This document shows positions 48,811 to 61,428 of a stretch of 64,000 nucleotides of DNA, piece by piece; position 1 is the stretch's first letter, and the number at the start of each line of letters is the position of its first letter. Source of the DNA: Chiloscyllium plagiosum (taxonomy: Eukaryota); assembly GCF_004010195.1 (NCBI RefSeq), contig NC_057718.1, forward strand, positions 69,495,098 to 69,559,097, written 5' to 3'. The translations under genes and the position numbers were made by a program. The notes beneath the pieces are model-generated. The model was not told the origin of the DNA. It worked only from the letters and a program-made list of their open reading frames with translations, and ran no database searches.

Positions 48811-50760
48811 ATAAAGAAAAACAAATAATCTTGAAATTAGTGGCCAGGAACCGTGGTTCTGTTTGGATGATTGGAGCATAAATGTTGATCAGAATATTCT
48901 TTGTTCTTCAGCAAATTGTCCATTAGATGTTTTATATTGGATATGGTCGAGGTTCGTGCCTTACCTAAATGATCTAGAAAATAAATTTAAGAATTACCAG
49001 GGTCATTGTTATTATCTAAGCAGGATGAAAAAGAAGGGGATCCTGTATGCCTGGTCCACAGGATGCTAAATATCGTAAAAATGCAGATGGATAAATGCAG
49101 CCTTGAACCAGGCAATAGCATAATCTCTATCTGTAACATTGAATCTATACTTTCTCTGATGTGCAAGATGTAAAACAAAGACATAAATGTAACTTTTACC
49201 ATTAACACCACTCCAGTCTGTTAAGACCTAAATCATTGTTCACAAACATACAAATGAACAGCTTTTGGGATTACTTTTGGATTTGTGCTTCTTTCCCACA
49301 AAACAGCTGTTTGCCATATCATTCATAAATATTAAGCAGATGTTCACATTTACAATGTATTAAGAAAATAAACCTTCTCTGCATCAAGAGATTTGGAAAA
49401 TACACACTCATGAATGAACAAGAGGAAAGAATTTGTCCCTTGCACACAGAAATGCATGAATTCTGAATCTCCATTTAATTTTCAGCTAAATACAATTTTA
49501 AATTCTTGATTTTTTTATATATATAAATATTTATGCAAAAATCCTGGAAATAACCTGCTCTTTCTAGGAGAGTTACTGCTTGAAATATTTTCAAAGTCAC
49601 CCGTCAGTTTACAAATAGTGTATTCTGCAAATTAGTATGAACTAATGAGGAATTCAATGGGAAATTTCCTTGCTTATATAAACCTTACAAACTAAACCAT
49701 AAAGCATTTGACTTTGCTTATATCAGAAGAGGAGGCTGTTCTGTCAGCAAGTGCTTTGTATCTGCTCAGTACCAAAGGGGCTGCTGAGATTGGGAATTCT
49801 CAAACTAGCAAAACTACATATGTGAATTTTCTCGACTATTCACTGGCAACAGTTTATTGAAATCATTAAAAAAATCAAACTCCACCAACCAATATCATAA
49901 CCACATTTCAAACAAAATAGACATGCTTGCCAGTGGTATATCAATGAGGTTCAGTTTGCATAAGGAATAAATGGATTTGCTCTAACACCATAATTTACAT
50001 CCGTTCTCATATTTTCTCGATTCAGGGAGTTTTAAACAAAGCTTTTGTGAAAGAGGCTGAAATGAGTGGTATAAACGATGGAAGTAGACAGTATAAGTTT
50101 TCTCTGCTTGTTAAGTAACCCAAGTGAAATGAATCTGAGCCTCAAATTTGGTATTAACTGACATTTAATTGTCAAGTGTGTAAAACGGGTGTCACATTGT
50201 AAATAGGATGTCCTTCTGAACTTGGAACAGAACAACAAATAGGGCAGATTCAACAAACACCCGATTGTGCTGCACCTGATCTGTTCAATGAATGAAACAG
50301 AAAGCCTTCCTGTAGTTTCACATGGAGTTGTCCTCAAAATTCTCAAGAACCTAAAGAGAAAACTGATTAAGAGAACATGAGGAGGAGCCAGTTCAATGGC
50401 CGCATCTTAGTAAGCACATAAAAACATAAAATAAAGGAGTTGTGATGCAAAGGACTCTTTACACCAGCTTTCCCATCTTTTTCTTCAACACTTTCCTGTC
50501 TATAGCAATTGATTCCTGAATATACCAAGGATTGCCCAGTCCTATCCATGAATATATTCAAAAATGGCGCATGCAATTTCTTTGGGATAGAGAAATCCAG
50601 ATATTCATAATCCTTTGAGTGAGGATATGTCTCATCCTTTACCTGCATATCTGATCTACTATCCTTGTCTACATGTTCTAGCAAGAGGAAGCAACCCCTG
50701 CAACTATCCTGCCAAACTCCTTCAGTGTTTTTATTTAGGTGCTTTTTCTGATTAACCTAT

Positions 50761-50856
50761 TCAGAGATGTTACAACACACCCCTGGAGCAGGTGGCAATT
50801 GTGTGGCCTCCCAGTCCAGGGGTAGAGACATTACCACTGCACCACAAGAGAGCCCC
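50761..50856 (-). mobile_element. Short tRNA-derived SINE-like fragment (non-HE1)
   Basis: Minus strand starts gggctctcttgtggtgcagtggtaatgtc, an A-box-like head. Confidence 0.45.
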
Positions 50857-51087
50857 AAAATCCTTCAGAATCTTACAAGTTTCAATTAGATCACCTGCAT
50901 TCAGACAGCATTGGTCCAATTTATTCTGATTGTCATCACAAAACAATCCTTATCCCAGAAATGAATCTAATGAATCTTCATAGTACTATCTCCAAAACAA
51001 GTAGACTAATAATTGAATATGGAGACCAAAACTGTTCGCAGAACACCAGCTGTGTTCCTACCAAAACATGACAATTGTAGCAAGACC

Positions 51088-52580
51088 TATAGAGTCTTAC
51101 AGCACAGAAACAGACCCTTCTATGCTGACCAAACTTCCCAAACTAAACCAGTCCCTCTTGCCTGTGTTTGGTCCCAATCTCTCTATACCTTTCCTATTCA
51201 TGTATCTGTCCAAATATCTTTTCAATGTTGTGACTGTACCTGCATCTAACACTTTCTCTAGCAATTCATTCTGCATACAAACCACTGTGTGTGAAAGAAA
51301 TTGCCCCTCAGGTCCTTTACAAATCTTTCTCTTCTCATCTGAAAAATATACCCCTTAGTTTTGAACTTGGACACTTACTATTCATCTTATCTATGCCCCT
51401 CATGATTTTATAAACCTCTAAAAGGTCATCCTTCAACCTCCTATGACCATAAGACCATAAGACATAGGAGTGGAAGTAAGGCCATTCGGCCCATCAAGTC
51501 CACTCCGCCATTCAATCATGGCTGATTCCTAGCATCCTTCTTTTCCAAGCCATGTATTATTTTGTACGTCTCTATTAAGTCTCCCCTTAATCTTCTAAGC
51601 TCCAACGAATACAATCCCAGTATCCTCAGCTGTTCCTCATATGTTAGACCTGTCATTCCAGGGATGATCCGTGTGAATCTCCGCTGGACACGTTCCAGTG
51701 CCAGTATGTCCTTCCTGGGGTGTGGGGACCAAAACTGGACACAGTACTCCAAATGGGGCCTAACCAGAGGTTTATAAAGTCTTAGTAGTACATCTCTGTT
51801 TTTATATTCCAACCCTCTTGAGACAACATTGCATTCGCTTTCTTAATCACGGACTCAACCTGCATGTTTACCTTTAGAGAATCCTCGACTAGCACTCCCC
51901 GATCCCTTTGTGCTTTGGCTTTATTAATTTTCTCACCATTTAGAGAGTAGTCTATGCTTTTATTCTTTTTGCCAAAGTGCAAGACCTCGCACTTGCTCAC
52001 GTTAAATTCCATCAGCCATTTCCTGGACCACTCTCCCAACCTGTCTAGATCCTTCTGTAGCCTCCCCACTTCCTCAGTACTACCTGCCTGTCCACCTAAC
52101 TTTGTATCATCGGCAAACTTCGCTAGAATGCCCCGGTTCCCTCATCCAAATCATTAATATATATTGCGAACAGCTGTGGCCCCAGCACCGAACCTTGCGG
52201 GACACCGCTCGTCACCGGCTGGCATTCTGAAAAAGAACCTTTTATCCCAATTCTCTGCCTTCTGTTAGACAGCCAATCCTCAATCCATCCCAGCAGCTCA
52301 CCTCGAACACCATGGGCCCTCACCTTGCTCAGCAGCCTCCCGTGTGGCACCTTATCAAAGGCCTTTTGAAAGTCTAGATAGACCACATCCACTGGGTTTC
52401 CCTGGTCTAACCTACTTGTTACCACTGTATGCTCCAGTGAAAGAAGACTGATGCTATCCAGCCTCTCCTTATAACTCAAAACCCACCTGCCCAGCAACAT
52501 TCTGGTAACTCTTTTCTCAACCTCTCCAATTTAATAATATCCTCCCTGTAGTATGGTGACTAGAACTGTACACAGTACTT
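51088..52580 (-). mobile_element. CR1 3' fragment with a nested younger CR1 subfamily fragment (about 51445-52423)
   Basis: Inner copy has a (ccataaga)n tail and RT motifs [12 protein letters not shown] and [13 protein letters not shown]. The outer copy resumes at about 52424. Confidence 0.85.
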
Positions 52581-54048
52581 CACGCTTCTCTATGTTTTAC
52601 TCCATCTGACATCTTGTTGCCTGCTTACTTAACATGTTTACATCCCTTTACAGTTTTTTTTCCCCCATGACCAGTGAATGCATATTCTTGGTATCTTTGC
52701 CAAAGGCATTAACATAGCTTGAAAATAGCTGAGGCCCAACTACACTATAGTGCAAACATGAAAAGGTCCCCTTTTATCATCTATTACTTGTCTGCCCATT
52801 CATGCCCTTTTGAAATTTTACACTGTTCTCAGATTTCTAATTTTTAAAAAAAAATTGGTGAATTTTGTGAATTTGTTCTTTATGCCAAAATCTACGTCAC
52901 TAATATATACTAGGAAAATCAGGGATCAGAAATTCTAGGGACTTGCACTTTTGAAAAAAATATTGTTTACCATTTCCCATTATTCAGCCAATTTTATGCC
53001 CATAATGCTACTGTCCTTCTATTCCTGGTGTATATTGACTTACTTGTTTACTATACATCAAAAAACCTTTGGAAGCCCATGTACACAACATCATTAACCC
53101 TCTGTAATATCATTTAAAAAAAACATCAGCAAGGTAGTTCAACACAATTTGCATTAACAAGTCATGTCAGTTTTCTTCAATTAACATTTGCCAAAATATT
53201 AATTTTTTCCCAAATTATTGACTCTAAACTTTTCCCCACTATGGTTAAATTCATTGGCTTGTAGTAAAAATTTGGCAAACATCACTTTTGTTCAGTACCA
53301 TCCAAGTCTAAAGATTATTCAAAACATACAGTCAACAGATCGACAATTTCATTCTCACTTCCTTCAGAATCATCAGATGTATCTTATCCATTCCTGGCGT
53401 CAAATCAAGTTTAAGCACAGACAGCTAACCAATACCTCTTCTTTAACAATGCTAAATACTTTAGGTGTCTGGACAAATGCACACTTGACCCACTGTTCAT
53501 TGGTGGTGGAAGAAGTGAAAATTGAAGGTGGGGAATATAGTGCCAGTCAAGTGGGATATTTTGCCCTGTATACTGACAAACGTCTTCAGTGTTAGTGGGC
53601 AAATTGACAATAGTTAATCATGTTGGTTGTGATGGGAATACCACGGAGAAATGGTCTATGTCCTGGACCACTCTGTCTTTAATGTAAGGCTCAATTTATT
53701 GCAGTCCCCTGAAGTGCTGAATGAATCAATTGTCTTCATCTCCCCTACCAGTAATCTGGACACAGTCATATTAACTTCAATTCTCTGTAATAGATTATGT
53801 TAGTATATATAACATTAACAAAGTACTGTTTGTTTAGCAGTTTATATCTCAGAGTTTTCCCTCAGCACATCTTGATTATTTTACCAGTTACATCACTGAC
53901 AGACTTATATTAATTCCTTATTCCAAATCAGCCTCCAGGCTCGTTGTTTGCTGTGTACATAGGCTTTGGAGGATCATAAGATACAGCTTCCCAGCCTCTG
54001 ACTGCTTCAAGACACAGTGATGATATGACTAGTCTAATTCAGTTTCTA

Positions 54049-54225
54049 AGAGAAAGGGAGGACAGCAGATGGCAGAGATAAGAATTGAAAAGTCACTGTG
54101 GCACTGGAAAACACAGCGGGTCAGGCAGGAATGCTGCTGAAGGGCTTATGCCCGAAACATCGATTCTCCTGCTCCTTGGATGCTGCCTGACCTGCTGTGC
54201 TTTTCCTGCACCACACTTTTTGACG
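54049..54225. mobile_element. Penelope-like inverted pLTR fragment (family A), mutated hammerhead at 54134-54161
   Basis: CUGcUGA-A-GGGC-UUAU-GCCC-GAA-ACaU-C. Imperfect TSD ctaattcagtttcta / ctaatttctagtttcta. Confidence 0.8.
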
Positions 54226-54395
54226 CTAATTTCTAGTTTCTAGTCAATGGTAGCTCCCAGGATGCTGATAGTGGAGAATTCAGTGACAATGTTGAATGTC
54301 AAGGCTACATGATAGGATTCTCTCTTGTTGAAGATGGCCATTGCCAGGCACTTCTGTGTTGTGACTATAACATTCCATCTATCAAGCTATATCTT

Positions 54396-54693
54396 TAGAT
54401 TAGATTAGATTACTTACAATGTGGAAACAGTCCCTTCAGCCCAACAAGTTCACACCGACCCTCCAAAGATAAACCCACCCGGACCCATTCCCTACATTGG
54501 CAATTTAGCATGGCCAATTCACCTGACCTGCACATTTTTGGATTGTGGGAGGAAACGGGGCACCCGGAGGAAACCGGCGTAGACACGGGGAGAATGTGCA
54601 AACTCCACACAGACAGTTGCCTGAGGCGGGAATTGAACCCAGGTCTCTGGCGCTGTGAGGCAGTAGTGCTAACCACTGTGCCACCGTGCTGCC
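54396..54693 (-). mobile_element. Full-length young HE1 / V-SINE
   Basis: Head ggcagcacggtggcacagtggttagcac, B-box gggttcaattccc, V-domain and (aatct)n tail. Confidence 0.94.
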
Positions 54694-55449
54694 TGTTGTA
54701 GACAGACATGGATTGCTCCCGTATTTGAGGAGTCATGAATGTTGCTGAACTTTGTATAAACATCAGCAAACATCCTATTTTCTGATCTTATGTTAGAGCT
54801 GATGAAGTCAATTTCCATCACTTTGCCAAAAGGCAATGGACTGATGATACAGTAATTGGTCAGGTTGATTTGTCCTGTTTCTGTGTGCAGGGCATAACTG
54901 TGTAATTTTTCACATTGCTATGTAGCTGGCAGTTTTATTGCTATTTTAGAACAGCTTGGCATCGGGGCACATTTAGTTCTGGAACATGAATCTTCAATAT
55001 TATTATTGGAATGTTGTCAGAGCATTTGCAGTATCTTCAAGCAGTTTCTTGATATCATGTGGAGTGAATTAAACTGGCTAAAAACTAGCAACTATAATGC
55101 TGGGGACCCCAGGAAGAGGCAGAGATGAATCACATGGCACTTCTGGTCGAAGATGAATGCAAATATAGTATTTTTTTTCCTTTGCACTCATGTGCTGCAC
55201 TTCTCTATTATTGAGGATGATGTTCTATGTAGAGCCTGTTTCTCCTGTTAATTATTTAATTGCTCACTGCCACTCATGACTGGAGTGGCAGAACTGCAGA
55301 GCTCAGATCTGATCATTGATTGGGGATTAATTTAGCTCTTGTTATTACATACCACTTACAATGCTTGGCATACCTGTATGCCGAATTTTAGCTTCACCAG
55401 GCGACAGCTTATTTTTAGACATGCCTGATGCTGCACTTGGCATGTCCTC

Positions 55450-56720
55450 CTGAAGCTCCTAGCCTTTTCTGCTTTTACATTATTATCCTAGTCTGCATTC
55501 TGATGGTTAAACTCCCTCATTATGATGTATCTCATACTTTGATTTCTCAATTGTCCTGTAAATTTGTTCCTCCATAGCTTTGCCACTTGTTGCTGACCTA
55601 CGGACTATAGTGAGCAATGTAACTTCACTTTATAGGTCCCTGATATCCAGCCAAATAGATTGCCTTAGATCTCTCTGGGGTATTCTCTATTTCCACCAGT
55701 TGAACGTTCATATTAATTAATAGGGCAACCATTCCTCTTCCTTTACTTCCTTTCTACCTTTTCAATAGTATGCTGTATCCAGTCCTGCCTTTCTTTGAGA
55801 CAGATCTCTGTTATCATTATATTTCCTCATTACAATCTGCATCTATAACTCACCAACCCTATTTACCATATAGGCATTCACATACATGCATGGGAACTGG
55901 TAAATCTAATTTAGACTTTATTATTTATCCTCTACCATATTATTAACTACTCGAGTGCTTTTGTTCTATTCCAGTGTACTCTTGGTGTACCTATTTCGTA
56001 TTGACATTTTGGTTGATGCACTCCTACCAAGTGAGTTTAAAAATTCCATAGCACTAGCAAATTACACAAGGAAATTGGTCCTGACCTTATTTATATCTAT
56101 CATTCCTGGCTTGATCAGATTCCTTCTCCCAGTACTGATTTGAATTCCCAAGAATCTAAAGTTGTCCCCCTTTCCTTATTCCAAATCAGCCTCCAGGCTC
56201 GTTGTTTGCTGTGTACATAGGCTTTAGAGGATCAAAAGATACAGCTTCCCAGCCTCTGACTGCTTCAAGACACAGTGATGATATGACTAGTCTAATCCAG
56301 TCAAGCATTTATATGCTCCATCTTCCTTTTTGCACACAATAAGTGTATTACCGGGAGTAATGTGGAGATTAATATATTAGAGTTCCTAATAGCTGATTTG
56401 ATTTCCTATTTCATTCCCTAAATTCTGACAATAGGTCTGAAATCCTCTTTTTACCTCTGTTGCTGGTTCTGGTGTGGGCAGTGACTACTCATAGTCCACT
56501 CTACTCTCTCATGTTACTCTGTAGCTGTGAGCTGACATTTTTGATCCTGTCACCAGGGAGGCAGCATACATCCTGGAGTCATGCTGCGGCTGCAGAAACA
56601 CCAGTGTGCTTCTCTAACTATTGAATTTGCTATCATTATTGTGTTTTCTTTTTTGTTTCAGCCTGCTACAAGTGATTACCGTGGATTTGGCTCTGACTGC
56701 ACTTCCTTGGTGATCTTCAT
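55450..56720 (-). mobile_element. Very old CR1 ORF1/endonuclease remnant
   Basis: caccagggaggcagcatacatcctggagtc (reverse of the CCLPG motif region) plus a decayed endonuclease region. Confidence 0.6.
56172..56301 (+). repeat. 130-bp direct duplicate of 53914-54043
   Basis: 3 mismatches in 130 bp by direct reading. Confidence 0.92.
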
Positions 56721-56933
56721 AAAAATATAAGGTTTTTCTTTTAATCAAATGATAACTCTATCCTTATTCTAAGCTTTCTACTCAGTTATTAACTATCTTA
56801 CTCATCTGTTTCAGTCTTCTATCTCTTTTATTTCTCCCTTTAACCTCATTCACAATCATTGCTTACTAAATTATTTAGTTTACCACAGTTAGATATTTGT
56901 AGTTGATGTTCAAGTAAAAATACTTTAACAATA

Positions 56934-59900
56934 CAGTCATGGAGTCATAGAGGTGTACAGCACGGAAACAGACCCTTTGGTTCAACCCGTCCATGCCAAC
57001 CTGATATCCCAGCCCAATCTAGTCCCACCTGCCAGCACCCGGCCCATATCCCTCCAAACCCTTCCCATTCATATACCTATCCAAATGCCTTTTAAATGTT
57101 GCAATTATATGAGCCTCCACCACTTCCTCTGGCAGCTCATTCCATACACATACCACTCTCTGCGTGAAAAAGTTTCCCTTTAGGCCTTTTTTATATCTTT
57201 CCCCCGTCACCCGAAACCCATGCCCTCTAGTTCTGGATTCCCACACCCCAGGGAAAAGACTTTGTCCATTTATCATACACATGCCGCTCATGATTTTATA
57301 AATCTCTACAAGGTCACCCCTCAGCCTCCCTTGCTCTAGGGAAAACAGCCCCAGCCTGTTCAGCCTCTCCCTATAGCTCAAATCCTCCAACCCTGGCAAC
57401 ATCCTTGTAAATCTTTTCCGAACCCTTTCACGTTTCACAACATCTTTCCGATAGGAAGGAGACCAGACTCGCATGCAATATTCCAAAAGCGGCCTAACCA
57501 ATGTCCTGTACAACCGCAACATGACCTCCCAACTCCTGTACTCAATACTCTGACCAATAAAGGAAAGCATACCAAACGCCTTCTTATCCTACCAAATCCT
57601 ATCCACCTGTGACGCCACTTTCAAGGAGCTATGAACCTGCACTCCAATGTATCTTTGTTCAGCAGCACTCCCTAGAGTCTTACCATCAAGTGTATAAGTC
57701 CTGCTAAGATTTGCTTTCCCAAAATTCAGCACCTCGCATTTATCTAAATTAAACTCAATCTGCCACTTCTCAGCCCATTAGCCCATCTGATCAAGATCCC
57801 ATTGTAATCTGAGGTAACCTTCTTCACTGTCCACTACACTTCTAATTTTGGTGTCATCTACAAACTTACTAACTATATCTCCTATATTTATATCCAAATC
57901 CTTTATATAAATGATGAAACATAGTGGACCTAGCACCCATTCTTGTCGCATACCACTGGTCACAAGTCTCCAGTCTGAAAAACAACCCTCCACCACTGCA
58001 TCTGCAAACTTACTAACTATACCTCTTATGCTAACATCCAAATCATTTATATAAATGAACAAAAGTAAGCGGACCCAGCACCTATCCTTGTGGCACTCCA
58101 CTGGTCACAGGCCTCCAGTCTGAAAAACAGCCCTCCACCACTATTCTCTGTCTTCTACCTTTTAGCCAGTTCTATATCCAAATGGCTAGTTCTCTCTTCA
58201 TTCTGTGAGATCTAACCTTGTCAACCAGTCTCCCATGGGGAACCTTGTCAAACGCCTTACTGAAGTTCATATAGATCACATATACTGCTCTCCCCTCATC
58301 AATCCTCTTTGTTACTTCTTCAAAAAACTCAATCAAGTTTGTGAGGCATGATTTCCCACGCACAAAGCCATGTTGACTATCGCTAATCAGTCCTTGCCTT
58401 TCCAAATACATGTATATCCTGTCCCTCAGGATTCCCTTCAAACACTTGCCCACCACTGATGTCAAGCTCGCTGATCTATAGTTCTCTGGCTTGTCCTTAC
58501 CACCTTTCTTAAACAGTGGCACCATGTTAGACAAACTCCATCTTCAGGCACCTCACCTGTGACTATTGATGACACAAATATCTCAGCAAGGGACCCAGCA
58601 ATCACTTCCCTAGCTTCCCACAGACTTCTAGGGTACACCTGATCAGGTCCTGAGGATTTATCCACTTTTATGCATTTGAAAACATCCAGCACTTCCTCCT
58701 CTGTAACATGGACATTTTTCAAGATGTCGCAATCTATTTTCCTACATCCTATATCTTACATATCCTTTTCCACAGTAAATACTGATGCAAAATACTCGTT
58801 TAGTATCTCCCCCATTTTCTGTGGCTCCACACACAGGCCACCTTGCTGATCTTTGAAAGGCCTTATTCTCTCCCTCGTTACCCTTTTGTCCTTAATGTGT
58901 TTGTAAAAACCCTTTGGATTCTCCTTAACTCTATTTGCCAAAGTTATCTCATGTCCCCTTTTTGCCCTCCTGATTTCTCTCTTAAGTATAACTCCTACTG
59001 CCTTTATACTCTTCCAGGGATTCACTCGATCTATCCTGTCTCCATCTGACATATGCTTTCGCCTTTTCATTAACCAAATCCTTAATTTCTTTAGTCATCC
59101 AGCATTCCCTATACGTATCAGGCTTCCCTTTCACACTAATAGGAATATACTTTCTCTGAACTCTTGTTATCTCATTTCTGAAGGCTTTCCATTTTCCAGC
59201 CGTCCCTTTACCTGCGAACATTTGCCCCCAATCGGCTTATGAAAGTTCTTGCCTAATACCATCAAAATTGGCCTTTCTCCAATTTAGAACTTCAACTTTA
59301 GACCTGGTCTATCTTTTTCCATCACTATTTTAAAACGAATAGAATTATGGTCGCTGGCCCCAAAGTGCTCTCTGATTGACACCTCAGTCACCTGCCCTGC
59401 CTTATTTCCCAAGAGTAGGTCAAGTTTTGCACCTTCTCTACTAGGGACACCCACAAACTGAATCAAAAAAGTTTCTTGTACACACATTCCTCTCCATCTA
59501 AACTCTTAACACTATGGCAGTCCCAGTTTATGTTTGGAAAGTTAAAATCCCCTACCATAACCATCCAATTATTTTTACAGACAATGGAGACCTCCTTACT
59601 AATTTGTTTCTCAATTTCACTCTGACTATTAGGGGTTATAGCACAATCCAAATAAGGTGATCGTCCCTTTCTTATTTCTCAGTTCCACCCAAATAACTTC
59701 CCTGGATGTATTTCTGGAAATATCCTCCCTCAATAACACTATCCCTTATCAAAAAAACCTCTCCCCCTCCTCTCTTGCCTCCCTTTCTATCCTTCCTGTA
59801 GCATTTGTATCCTGGAACATGAAGCTGCCAGTCCTGTCCATCCCTGAGCCACATTTCTGTAATTGCTTTGATTTCCCAGTCCCATGTTCCTAAACATACC

Positions 59901-60771
59901 CGGTTTTCCAAAACAGCACAACTATTTGAATTGGAGATAGCCACAGAAGACTCCTGCACTAACTGCCTACCTCTCTTACCTTTCCTGGAGCTAACACATC
60001 TATGTGACTGTATCTGTGACTTTTCCCCCATCCTATAACTGCCATCCATCACATCCCCTTCCTCTTGTAAATTCCTCATTGCCTCTAACTGTCTCTCCAA
60101 CCGATCCATTTGATCTCACAGGATTCACAATTAATGGCATTTATTGCAGATATAATCCTCAGTAACCATAAACTCTCTCTAAACTCCCACATCCGACAAA
60201 AAGAGCATATCACTCTACTAAGGGCCATTTTTGCTCCTTCACAATCTACAGACCCAGAAAGTAGCACCGTCTTATTCCTCTACAAAATACTGCTCCAGGT
60301 TAAATTAATAATTATGGCTTATATTTTATGTTTAATCAAGAGACATATCACAATAAAACATATAATCAAGAAAGAACCCAATCTACTCACTACTGCAGAC
60401 GTACCGTAAGGCCACGCTTAAATATTCAACACTGTTTCTGGGCTGTGACCTCTCCCAAACATGTCCCTCCAAGATTAGTTGTGAATTTTAATGTTTGTTA
60501 ATTTTCTCAGACGCACTCCGATGTCCAGCAATACATGAATTCAATTAACAAAGGCAGTAACTGTTCAGGTTCACTGCTCTGTAAACTTCTTTCTCTCTCT
60601 CTTAAACTGCTGTTGTTTTGACTTTTTTTTCCAAAGTTCCAAAACAATGCAACAGCATATAAAACAGTAATTGCTGCTCCTGGAATTCGTGGAAATCACC
60701 TCCAACACCTAAAATACCTCAAAAAAGGTAGAGTCAGAAATTGTTCCTACCCTCCATCTTGGTTTACCCAG
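56934..60771 (-). mobile_element. CR1 LINE with intact ends, esterase region deleted and an internal RT duplication
   Basis: Same subfamily as 3551-8183. 5' terminus CTGGGTAAACCAAGATGGAGG, ORF1 finger (VICSFCRMW), endonuclease, RT, and (gagtcat)n-type tail at about 56934. Confidence 0.93.
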
Positions 60772-61042
60772 AATTCATTAAATCTTTTGAACAATTTGAA
60801 GCTCCCCTTACCACCACTGTTTACCATAGACAGTAAAATGTTATGGAGAATTTTTTGGTCAGCAAAGGTGCTTGCCATTGACCTTGACAAAGCTGAGAAA
60901 TCTAGCAAAAATCTGTGGTAGGAATTTGGAAGCTTCTGCATGTGATTCATTGCAACAATCATTATTGGGGATTCCCTTTGTTGAACTGTCAAGCTGTCAG
61001 CCAATCACATTATGCAAATTTACAACATAAAATTTACTTATT

Positions 61043-61428
61043 TCCAACTCTCTTTTGATTTAGTCCCTACCCTCCCCTTCACTGTTTTGATCACACAGCA
61101 CTGCCCCTGTTTTGATCACACAGCACTGCCCTTTGATGTGAAGGGCAGTGTTTGTCACTGGCCACCTAGGTGTTTTCCTATCTTCCTGGTGGTGGAATTT
61201 GAATAAAGATTCGTGCACTTTGTGTCTTTCACTGTGTCTCACACCTGCACACACACACCATGGGATAAAATAAGCACTACCGCACTTAGGCGGTAGTGTG
61301 GGGGTTAAAAAGAAAAAAAAGGAAAAAAAAGGAAAAAAAAAGAAAAGAGTAAAAAATAAACAGGGGATCTAATCCTTGGGTGCTGGGGAAAAATAAGCAC
61401 AAAGAAAAGAAAAAAAATAAAAAAAAAA
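61043..61428 (+). mobile_element. Short polyadenylated retroposon 3' end (possibly Tx1/L1-like 3' UTR) with two hairpins
   Basis: ttacttatt direct repeat at 61034-61042 and 61429-61437. AATAAA at about 61202. A-rich tails at 61307-61360 and 61401-61428. Confidence 0.65.

Larger units (their letters stand above)
53914..55450 (-). mobile_element. Old degenerate LINE (CR1/L2-related) remnant hosting PLE and SINE insertions
   Basis: Decayed RT-like sequence (gtcaatggtagctcccaggatgctgatagtgg...). Tentatively related short tail-like pieces lie at about 8890, 11960 and 43185. Confidence 0.5.

Noticed and set aside
50032..50352. Strong acceptor-like site ttttctctttag followed by a 104-aa ORF
   Set aside because: The translation does not resemble FNDC1 or any family I recognise, and no convincing donor was found.
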